A stretch of DNA of 64,000 nucleotides, taken from NCBI RefSeq assembly GCF_009914755.1, contig NC_060926.1. One strand, written 5' to 3'. The position numbers and the translations under genes are program-made. Below the pieces are notes generated by a model. That model did no database searches. It worked only from the letters and a program-made list of their open reading frames with translations, and was not told where the DNA came from. Source of the stretch: the human T2T-CHM13v2.0 reference genome, Homo sapiens. The first letter of the stretch is position 1. Each line of letters begins with the position of its first letter. Positions 53,371 to 64,000 of this stretch are shown one piece after another.

Positions 53371-53805
53371 TAAATATATAAGACAGGCTATGAAAACTTG
53401 TGTTTCTTTAAATCACAAAATGCTCTGCACACAGACGCAATCATCAGACCATCAGGGTGTGTGACTTGAACAAGCTTTCCCTGGAGGATATTTTTTCTCT
53501 TTCCATCATAGACTTTGCTAATGCTCAGAATGAACGTGGTCTCTGGGAACATGTCTTAACGACTCCCTATCTTTCCTAAGGGAAGTGTGCAAGTGGCCAG
53601 CCCTTTGTCATCATTCATTCATCCATCCATCCATCTTTCCAAAAACTGCTCTTTAGATCTCAGAGGACAAAACTGGTTAGATGTGAGTGTTTTTCAGATC
53701 AATATAAGGAAAGCCTTTACCATTAAGAGTTAACAGTGGAAAGGTAATGAGGTCCTGGTGATCGAGGTTTTTGTAATAGAGTTTAGGATCCTCATCATGT
53801 GTTCA

Positions 53806-53965
53806 GAACTGGCTATATAATTCGTGGGACCCAAAACAAAATGAAAATGTAAGATTCCTTTTGAAAAAATAATTAAGAATTTAAAGACAGCCATAGCAGA
53901 GCAATAAGCCACTTGTGAGTCCTTCTGAGTGCAGGACCTTGTGCAATTATATAGCTTCACAAGGT
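53806..53965. mobile_element. MER91-like DNA-transposon fragment
   Basis: 'ctggctatataattcgtgggacccaaaacaaaatgaaaatg...ccttctgagtgcaggaccttgtgcaa'. Confidence 0.55.
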
Positions 53966-55783
53966 CACACACCCCAGCAACAAGCTTGCACATTTCCTGT
54001 ATTAGGTAGGAAGACCAGCTGACCTCTGAAACATTTTCCAGCTCAGAAATTCCAAAACAAGACCACAGGACCACAGCAATAATTGGTCTCACCAAAACCA
54101 GGGTGTCTGGTGGAAGAAGTGCTAGAAATGGAATTGGGGAAGATGTGCCCAGCACTTTGCCTTTTCATGGTGCAGTATAAAAGTCATTCTGCCATGAATG
54201 CATAAACGGATGAATGCATGGGTGGAAAGATATTTAACCCAGGACCTAGGACCCTGAATTGGAATGAACAGCTACGTGGCTTCAATACAGCCCCATAAGA
54301 GCCTACGTCTGTATATCAGCCCTGAAAAGACGGCTGTGGGGGAGTGAGGCTAAATGGGGCACAGGACACTCAGACTTCAATGGAAAAGGCAGATCCATAT
54401 TTTTGGCTATGAGAGACCTTTCTGCTTGGGCAGAAGCTAAGCCCAGAATAGGTGAATGCTAGCAATGCCTAGGTTCTTCTCATCACCCATCCCATTAGCA
54501 TTCAGTTGTCCCTCCTATGCCCAGGGCTGTGCTCTGCCTTCATACTTGCTAGGGTTCCTTAACACTTGTACTACTTTTTGACAAATATTTAAAACCCTTC
54601 TGCTGGGTTATTTCATGTCCCTGCAACGTGGAGTAAGCCTGGGATTCCTGTCTGTTAATTGCTCCCTGGCATAGAACAATCCCTGGAGGCCTCAGTCAAG
54701 GCCTTAAAACTTCAGGAGACCTGCTCTCCATTCTCTAGCACACATGGATTTCCTTAACTCCTCACAAGCTAGCATATATGCCCCCTTGCATCTGTGTAGG
54801 AGTGAAGGCTCCTTGTGGGCAGGCACCACAGACCACTCTGTCCCCTTCTCTCAATTTTCTGCTTCCCACACAGAGAAGGTCTGGCTGATGAACGTTGTGC
54901 TGAGGTGCCTCTGCCTCCTTCCACACGGGTTGGATTCTTTCTCTCTGACTCTAAGGCCCATATCCCTGAGAGGGAGGGAAAGAGACCCCAGGCTGAGGGT
55001 CTTTGTGCTGCTCCTCCCTAGCACAAGTCAAGGTGCATGTGTGTGCGATTGTGTATGCATGTGCTGAGTTACTGAATAGGGCAGATGGGGTGAGGGCCAA
55101 AGCATTTGGCTCCTAAGTGTTATTGTGCATGCCCGGAGCCCAGCAACCTGTATTATAGACAAACAAGTTCATGTGCTAAACTTCCAGGGAAGTTCATGTG
55201 CTAAAAGGCGCAAAGGTCCTTTCCCACAGAATGAGACACTGGACAAACCCTTCCCAGGAGCCAGCGGTGACTAGCTTCTTACATGGCTTGGGGAACACAT
55301 ACAGCCATGAAAAGTTTATGGATTCAGACCCATCCCCTTTTCCCATCCCCAGGTGGACAGTGGGACCCTGGACCCTACTTGGGCATAGTTTATTCATTAT
55401 CTTCATCTTTTCAGGACAGAAACAACTTGTGATATACAGAACAAGAGCAGAACTATGTCTCTCGTACTCACTAAGTGGTCTTGAAGTCCCAAGGCCTCTT
55501 GCAGGTGACCATTTATCAAGAGTTTGGAAGGCTACACCAAACCCCTTTCTTGCTACTGGCCCCCTGTCAACTTTAGATCTTCTCCACTAATTTTATCTGT
55601 AGTATTTTCCTTGGCCTCGGTTTTCTCACTAGATCTCCAGGCTTTGGAGAGGTCTGGGAAGTATCCAGTAATTATCACATAGCTCCTAGTTCCCTTGGTC
55701 ACCTCACTTTCTGCCTCTGGCCTCAGCATTACCACAGAGCCTCCAGCAAACAAACTCGTCAGAAGGAAACCACCTAGGCCCTC

Positions 55784-56146
55784 TCATATGGTTTGGCTGT
55801 GTCCCCACCCAAATCTCATCTTGAATTGTAGCTCCCATAATTCCCACATGTTGTGGGAGGGACCTGGTGGGAGGTAATTGAATCATGGGGGTGGGTCTGT
55901 CCCATGCTGTTCTCACGATACTGAATAAGTCTCATGAGATCTGATGGTTTTATAAAGGGTAGTTCCCCTGCACATGCTGTCTTGCCTGCCGTCATGTAAA
56001 ATGTGCCTTTCTCCTCCTTTGCCTTCTGCTATGATTGTGAGGCCTCCCCAGCCATGTGGAACTGTGACTCCATTAAACCTCTTTCTCTTTATAAATTGCC
56101 CAGTCTCAGGTATATCCTTATAGCTGTGTGAGAACAGACTAATACA
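55784..56146 (+). mobile_element. THE1 (MaLR) solo LTR, THE1B/C-like
   Basis: 'atatggtttggctgtgtccccacccaaatctcatcttgaattgtagctccc...gaggcctccccagccatgtggaactgtga...gaacagactaataca'; 5-bp TSD c(c/t)ctc. Confidence 0.95.
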
Positions 56147-57464
56147 CTCTCCCAGCTTGGCCTCAGGAAGTAAGGGCTTGCTTTCCAAAGCACAGCTTAT
56201 TGCTCTAAGATTTCCACATCCCTCGAATGTTTGATGTGGGCCTTCCCAAGGGGCCATATTGAACTACTCCTTACACCGTCACTTACCACTGGGCTATGAT
56301 CCCACAAATCATGTCCCCTGGGAAATTTTTCAAAGAAGGTCTTTATTTGAAAATCAAGTTGTTCCCTTTCTGCCTTGCCCAGCCCATGGGAGCCAGAAGC
56401 CTTTATTTCAAGGTGGAGGCGGACCAGCTAATGCACTATATTGTTCCAGGAGTTTTAGAAGCAGCATTCAGCCTCTGCCAAAGTATGGGCTCCAGTTGCC
56501 AATCTTCTCCATTTCCAGGACATGCATTGAACTCCTCAAAATCACTAATTATATCCTGTGGAAATCATAATTCTTCCTACCAGCTTTTGAGCCTGCCTAC
56601 TTTCAATGAAGCCAGCAGGGCCCAAATGCTGGCTCTCTAGGAAACTGCTTCGCTATGAATGGAGGAAAAATAGAAGGGGAGAAATGTTCTTTCTTTGGAA
56701 CTTAGAGGCCTGGGTTTTAGTTGCAGTTCTAACTTGAGTGTGTTCAATGGACTTCTCCTCATCTGCATCTATGTCCTCGTTTCTGAAATGAAAGATTGGA
56801 CATGGTATTTCTGGGGCCCCTCCTAGCCTGAAACAATGCTAAGTTAGCCTAAAGGGGCATCTTTCTGTAGGTTCTCAGAGCTTCTATCCACTCAGAAGCA
56901 AGAAGGTAAGCCCTGGGCCTGAGGCACAGGGAGGTAGATAGTACCAAGCACAAGAACAAGGAAGATAAAGAATCAAAGCAGGGGTTTGTGGGCCATGATT
57001 TCCTGAAATGTATTTCAGGAAACACTACTTTCCTGGAAAATAAATAGGTGCTGCTGTCTTAAGAGATAACCTATGGTCAAATAAATTAATTTGGAAAATG
57101 TTCACTCAGACAATGGCTTCCTTTCCTGCAGGTCTTCTCAGGGCATTTAATATACTAGTATGAACTGTAGATCTCCCAACACTGCATATAATGTGTGAAC
57201 ATTCCAAAGTAACATTCCGGAGCAATCACTCTGGGAAATGTTCATCTAAGAGAAGCTACAAACATCAACAGAGCTGATAGCTAACTGGCCAAGCTTAACA
57301 GGCCTAGCAATAACACCTGAAATTAGACTGGCATCATCGATGAATTAGTTAACGGCTATGCATTGTTCTGCATTAAATGTTTTTGAGTGTGTGGAACCCA
57401 GTTCTTTCATCCAGTGTTTATTATGTGCTTCCTAAGGATTTAGGCCTGTGCTGGAAGAAAAGGG

Positions 57465-57568
57465 TATGTGCCTGTGAGTGTGTGGTGTGTGAGTGTGTGA
57501 GTATATTGTGTGAGTGTGAATGTGTGTGTGAGTGTGTGTGTATGAGCATGTGAGTGTGTATGTGTACA
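57465..57568. repeat. Degenerate (TG)/(TGAG)-rich simple repeat
   Basis: 'gtgagtgtgtggtgtgtgagtgtgtgagt...tgtgtatgtgtac'. Confidence 0.85.
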
Positions 57569-58345
57569 TGTTGAGCAAGGGTAGGGAGGTGGAAAAGTAT
57601 AGTGAAAGAACTGTTGCCTCAAGACTCATAATCTAGTGAATTAATCAGATAAAGCTCCGTAGGGTAACGACGTAAGTTCATGAATCAGCACGTGAGGGAG
57701 TAGTCAGGAGAAGCTTTGTGGAGAGTCAGGACTCAGGCTGGTCTATTACAAATTCAATTAGTGTAGACCAGATGATAACCTGACACAACTGAACATGTAA
57801 GATTTATCTCCACTTACAAGTTGAGAGCTGACAAATATTTCTTAGTACCGACAGTGAATAATTGGTAGTGCTATTATAAAGTGTAGAATTAACTTTTCTC
57901 TGCCTTGAGCCAATTGCAATGTATGGCCATTTCTCACCTCTCCTTTAATATATGATTCTTCCTCTTCTCCTCCTACTTTGACATTATCAATCCTACTACC
58001 TGTCCTCTGGTTTTTCTTGACTCATGTAAATTAATTTCCATCAAGCCCCAATTTGTTGCCAGTCTCTTAAGAGGTCTAAGAAAAATACCATGCATCTCAG
58101 TTATTCCATCATTCTTTATCATTGTGAATTTCCTGATTTCCTATGGGCTCACTAAGCAAGCCATGCTCAACGGTAGTGTGCTCATGAACATTTGCCCCAC
58201 TGAAAGCCAGAGTGAGACCTCTAACACTGGGGACCTCATATTTGGATAAAAGAGATAGCTGACCATCCCCATTCTCCTCATCCATCAGGCCAAAGAGAAT
58301 GCTAATTGGAAAGTGTTGCACATCTCCAAGAGCACTCTGGAGAGC

Positions 58346-58962
58346 CCAGGCCAAAGCTGATAGAATTTTTTTGAGACTTACAGGTATGTACATTTCTAAT
58401 TCAAAATATATTTCGACAGTAGTTAGTATACAGTTATATGCTCAGTGAAATTTGAACCTTAATAAAGTACAGAATAATGCTACATCAGTTCAGTTTCTTG
58501 TGCTGTAGAAGAACAATGTGCTTTAAAACCAGAAGATTTAGGTTTAAAGCTCAGGGTTGCCACTTACCTGCTGTGTGACATCAGGCTAGTGGCTTAGCAG
58601 AACCAGAGGTTCTTCAATTATGAAATGAGTATAATACAGTCTATCTCACCGGTCTTTGGGAGGATTCACCACTAACATGTATGTATGTGCTAAGTGTGTG
58701 CCTGGCACATATTTAAAATCTTAGACCCTTTCTCCTTTGTGGAGAGGCAGTGAACAGGATAGAGGTTAAGATAGCAGTTCCTCATGGAAGTCCCACCTCC
58801 TGAGGCCAGGAATACTCTAAGTCTATCTCACTGCCTGTCATGGCATTTATATGAGAACTTAGTGAAAAGAAATGTGTGTATTCTTTGAATGTCAGGATGC
58901 ACCAGCTCCTAAAATAACCTTGAAAAATCCTCTGATACCAGCTCTACATGATCTCTTTGGAT
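58346..58962 (+). repeat. Left arm of a ~620-bp inverted duplication (partner 62457-63097); includes a MIR at ~58510-58710
   Basis: Colinear reverse-complement match across the whole arm; 58531-58558 is a perfect 28-bp match to 62869-62896. Confidence 0.93.
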
Positions 58963-59074
58963 AGCATTTCCCAGGGTCAGTAAGCTCTGAGATTTTAACC
59001 TGGCAAATTTCAGTAGGTCAGGAGATTTAAGGAAAAAAAACAAAAAACAGAAAATCGTGGGCAATCAATTGCTA

Positions 59075-59637
59075 TGATAGCTGATCTCCAAAATAACTTC
59101 CAATGAACCATGCCTCCCTGTACTCTCTTCCTTTTGTCATCCCTTCCCATAGTGAATTTGAGTTGACCCTGTGTAACCAACAGAGTGTACCAGAAATGAT
59201 ACTATGTGATTTCTGAAGCCAGTTCATATAAAGCCTTGAAACTTCTGCCTTGATCTCTTAGAACAATCACTCTTGAAATGGTCCCACTGAGAAAGTCAGC
59301 TTCCATGTAAGCAAATTGACTGCCCTGAAACCACCACGCTGAGAGAAACTCAAGCCACCTGCAGGCAACCTAAGGATGCCAGGTAAAGAGAGAGAGGCCA
59401 CAGAACACTGAGGGGCTATGGGTATGAGTGAAGAAGCTATCTTCTAAGCGGATCCTCTGGCCCCAGCCATCCCAGTTATTACCACATAGGTCAAAGACAA
59501 ATCACCCAATGAAGCCTTCCTGAATTCCTGACCCACAGAGTAGTCCTAAGCAAAAAAAAAAAAAAAAAAAAAAAAGTCTGTATAAAGCCAGTACATTTGG
59601 GAAAAGTTTGTTATACAGCAGTAGATAACCAGAACAC
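59075..59637 (+). mobile_element. MaLR solo LTR (MLT1F/G/H-like)
   Basis: 'ccccagccatcccag...aagccttcctgaattcctgacccacaga...tttgttatacagcagtagataaccagaaca'. Confidence 0.8.
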
Positions 59638-59720
59638 TTGCTCTCACTCAATCGAGGAGTACCCTTCACATGGAAGGAACACACAGAACAGGTTTTGATT
59701 GTTGACATAATAAGAAACTG

Positions 59721-60041
<321 letters not shown>

Positions 60042-61652
60042 TCAACTGTCTGACAGAGACAATGGTATCCACATTTTTCGCAGTTGGGAAACTGATGATT
60101 TCAGTGAGAAAGGTCATGAGGGGATCTGGACTATCTGTAGTAGGAGTGATTTCAATGAGGAAAGGAAGTGTGTATAGAGCACTCTTTCTAGGCACGATTG
60201 CATACATTCTCCTGTTGAATCCCATAGTGGATCTTTAGAATTGCATTATGCTGTTCATGTTACAAATCAGGAAACTAAAGAAGGGAGAGATAAATGGCCC
60301 TTCCGGGTCACAGAGCTAGAATGATTATCCCAGTTATGCTGGTGAGGAAAGTAGCCTTCACCAGCTACCACCTGAATGTTATTCTGAGTTCTCCTTTAAG
60401 GTTGATTCTGAAATTAGAGGTGGCAACAGAGCTGGCAGGCCATGAGCAGGGCCAGCACCACCTCCTCAAGATTGTTTAGAAACGGTTTAGAAAATCCAAG
60501 CCCCATATAACCATCCAAGTTCAACTTCCTGAGCCCCCTTGAGAAAGTCTTCTGCACACACATTTATTGAGTATCCCCTGTGCTAAGACTTCAAAGATGT
60601 ATAAGAACTCTCCTTGACTCAAAGAGTTCAAAGTCCAGTGGAGAAAGCATTTACATAAACAAAGAATTTAATTGGCATTAGGGGCTGTGTGGAGTGCCAA
60701 AGGAGCAGCTAGTCTGAGCAGATCTGAGAACGCATTCTGGAATGCATGCTGATGGCATTCAACTTGGCAGGATTAGCAAGAGTCAGCCAGTCTGAAGTGA
60801 CAGATGTTGTCCTCCTTATAGGGAGACCCTCCACATTCAGCCTCACTACGCACTGCTTCTAGAACCCCTGTTCTAAACCCACAGGAAGGTGTGACTGCCC
60901 CTTTCTTTCCATTAAACCTGTCTGGAGTTTCCAGTCCTTTGTCAAAATATAACTCACACGAGATGCCTGAGTGGGATGATAAATTGAGGGAGTTGAATTT
61001 TCTTCATATTTTGAAAATAGGGCCCAACTGAAAATACCTCAAACATTGATGGGAAGTTTAATATTTCATTTTTATCTTTCCCACAAAGCACACTTCACAC
61101 TCCACTGAACTAGTTCCTGGGTCTGGCTGAAAATCTTCCACTTTATGTGGCTTTGCTACATATTCCTGTCACCCCAAATGCTCCTATCTCTTGATATGAA
61201 ACTTTATTTCTCATCCCCTTTTAGAGAAGAGCTCTCACTGCTGCTGGTTCCAACCTGGCTAAGTCCAGGCATAAAGAATAAAATATCCAGTATCATCTCT
61301 CATGCTGCCTCTCTCTCTCCATGCACACTCTGCTCCAGCCATAAGGAACTGCATGCATGCCCTACATATACCATAGCATTCTCACTTCTTCATGATGTTC
61401 TCTCTCCCTGAACATCTTCCCACACCCCTCAACCTTGAGCCACCCAGTGAACACTTCCTCCAGTAAGTTATTGTGTGCTTACCACGCACTAAACATCGTT
61501 CCAGCACTCTGACTCCTTCTACTGCAATGCCTCTCACAGGATTTTACTCACTTGATAGAAAATAAAAAGAATTTTGATGCCCCTCATCCAGTAAGAAGCA
61601 GGTAGAGTGCAAAGTTAGTTCACTGCAGTAATAATGACTCATAGGTTTTATT

Positions 61653-61935
<283 letters not shown>

Positions 61936-62456
61936 GATTGGCATGCAAATATAGATACAAATGCAAACATTGGCTTTACATAGAATGGGAACTTTTCCCA
62001 TAGAATAGGAAGCGGGAAAGTCATTTAATGTTTAAAAAAACACACACACACTTTGTTTTGGGGGAATGAAATACAGATATTTAGTGTGTGGCTCCTCCTC
62101 TAAGAGGAATGATGCCAACCAGGGCAACTGGTGCTGGTTCTGGGACTAATTCCAAAGGTGGGCAGACCTCTCTCTTGAGCATCTCCTACAGCCTGGAAAT
62201 TGGCTTTTGTTCTCTTCCTTCTTTCTCAGCTCTTCTCCCACTAGGTGTTATAGAGAGAGAATATGTTAGGTTGGTGCAGCTCCAAACACCCAGGGGCTTT
62301 CAGGTGAGTGAAATAGCTAAGTCATCTACATTGACTTTTAAAGAAATGCAGGAGTTTCCCAGGAACTACATAAAGTTCCCAGAGCTACAGTTTCTGAGGA
62401 AAGAAAAGTTCCCCAAGTGCTGAGGTGTTTAAAGAAGTTTTCCTAGAGGAGGACAG

Positions 62457-63097
62457 AATCCTTCAGAGACAAGAGCTAGTGTCAGAGAACTTTACAAGGC
62501 TACTTTGGGATCTGGTATATCCTGACATTCAAAGAACACACACCTTACTTTTCTCTAAATTCCTATTTCAATGCCCTGATTGGCAGAGATAGCCTTGGAG
62601 TATTCCTGGCCTCAAGAGATGGAACTTCCATGAGGAACTTCCACCTTAATTTCTATCTTCTGCACTGCCTCTCCCTAAAGGAGGAAGGGGCTAGCATTTC
62701 TTGAGTATCTACAAAGTCCAGGCACAGAGTTGGCACATATGTACATGTTAATGGTGAATCCTCCCAAACACCTGTGAGATAGGCTGTGCTATGCTCATTT
62801 TATAACTGAAGAATCTCTGGTCCTGTTAAGCAGCTTGCCCAAGGTCACACACCAGGTAAGTGGCTTTAAACCCTGAGCTTTAAACCTAAATCTTCTAGCT
62901 GTAAATCTCATTGTTCTGCTACAACATAAGAAACTGTATTGATGTAGCGTTATTCTGTACTTTGTTTTATTAAGGTTCAAATTTCGTTGAGCATATAATT
63001 GTATACTATCATAACTACTGTCCAAATATATTTTGGATTCGAAACTTACATACCTGTAAGTGTCAAAAAAAAATTCTGTCAACTTACTCTGGCCTGG
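62457..63097 (-). repeat. Right arm of the inverted duplication (partner 58346-58962); includes a MIR at ~62690-62910
   Basis: Reverse complement aligns to the left arm, e.g. 62625-62637 cttccatgaggaa versus 58778-58790 ttcctcatggaag. Confidence 0.93.
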
Positions 63098-64000
63098 CAT
63101 CTGCACAATGACATTATTGCTGAACTCTGCAAAGAGTAAATCATAATTTATCCTGTGGTATTTCTTATAGCTCCCCTAAACTTTTTCTTACCCAATGCTA
63201 TTCCTGGACTCCTGTCCTGTTTTCTGGAAAAAAAAAAAAGCAACAGAATTACCTGCTGAAATAGGATCATTCTGAAGTTAAGCATAATTAAGTGTTAACT
63301 AAGTGCAATAGTATGTCTTTCATCTTACAGTCCCAACATTGTTAATGATTTTCTTTTGGATTTTAAAGCCAGCTAATTAAAATACTGAAAGCAATGCAAC
63401 ATTGCATAAGTCAATTTCTTGTATAACATTTTGTCCTTGGTTTTGGCCTCTAACTCATATTGATCACCCTAAGCGTGAAAAAATCTGTTTGGGTTAAGCA
63501 AATATATGATCCATGCAGATATTTCTCTGAATGGCTGCCTTGAATCCAGGGTGCTCTTGGAGATATGCAGTACTTTCCAATTAGCACTGGGACACAGGTG
63601 TTGCACAAAAGCAAGGTCATTATATGGAAAGCTTATCGTGTGGGTCCCTTTGGTAAGTCTGCTTAAGAGCCTTCCTATTTGCTCCTACTGGCCTTCTCTT
63701 GGATAATGCATCTAACAAAAATTGCCTGCAGTATTCTCAGCAGAGAGAGTGAGGCAAGATGCGATTACAGGGAGATAGGAGCCCAAGGACCAGGGTGCAG
63801 GTACAAGTCAGAACAGCCCAGGCACTGAGAATCACTTGATGTTGAGCTACCTATTCAACAAAATGTGTATTAAAATAGATATGCCTTTTTTATTTATTTC
63901 ATTAAAAACACCTATAACTGCCTACTATGCTTCAGTCACCATTCAAAATGCTCTAGAAACATTTACTTATTTAAAACCTGCACAACCCTTTGAGCCAGAC

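Noticed and set aside
59552-59575. A24 tract as the tail of a separate retro-insertion
   Set aside because: It sits at the A-rich poly(A)-signal position of the MLT1 LTR with no TSD, so simple expansion is more likely.

Overview
Primate (very probably human) non-coding DNA, either intergenic or a large intron. It is about 40% GC, CpG-depleted and dominated by interspersed repeats: 7 Alus, L1, L2, L3/CR1, MIR, MaLR/ERV solo LTRs (MLT1, MLT2, THE1, MER11, MER52 and others) and DNA-transposon MITEs. I find no intact protein-coding gene or structural RNA gene. The only gene-derived sequence is a 5'-truncated processed pseudogene of ZFYVE9 (SARA) at about 18.1-19.15 kb, nested in an L1PB-type element that is itself inside an L2. 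The most unusual signal is locally copied DNA that repeat families do not explain: (i) a ~620-bp inverted duplication of mostly unique sequence (58.35-58.96 kb versus 62.46-63.10 kb) around a 3.5-kb spacer; (ii) a ~245-bp insertion in an MLT2 LTR assembled from three nearby templates in both orientations; (iii) a ~245-bp copy of a neighbouring L1 segment pasted into a MER3, carrying an interlocked fold-back; (iv) a palindrome-containing patch that disrupts the pseudogene frame; and (v) several 39-76-bp tandem duplications. Together these look like a record of template-switching or templated-insertion repair, not a new gene system. Repeat subfamily names come from recalled consensus sequences, identities are estimated by eye, and old-repeat boundaries are approximate.
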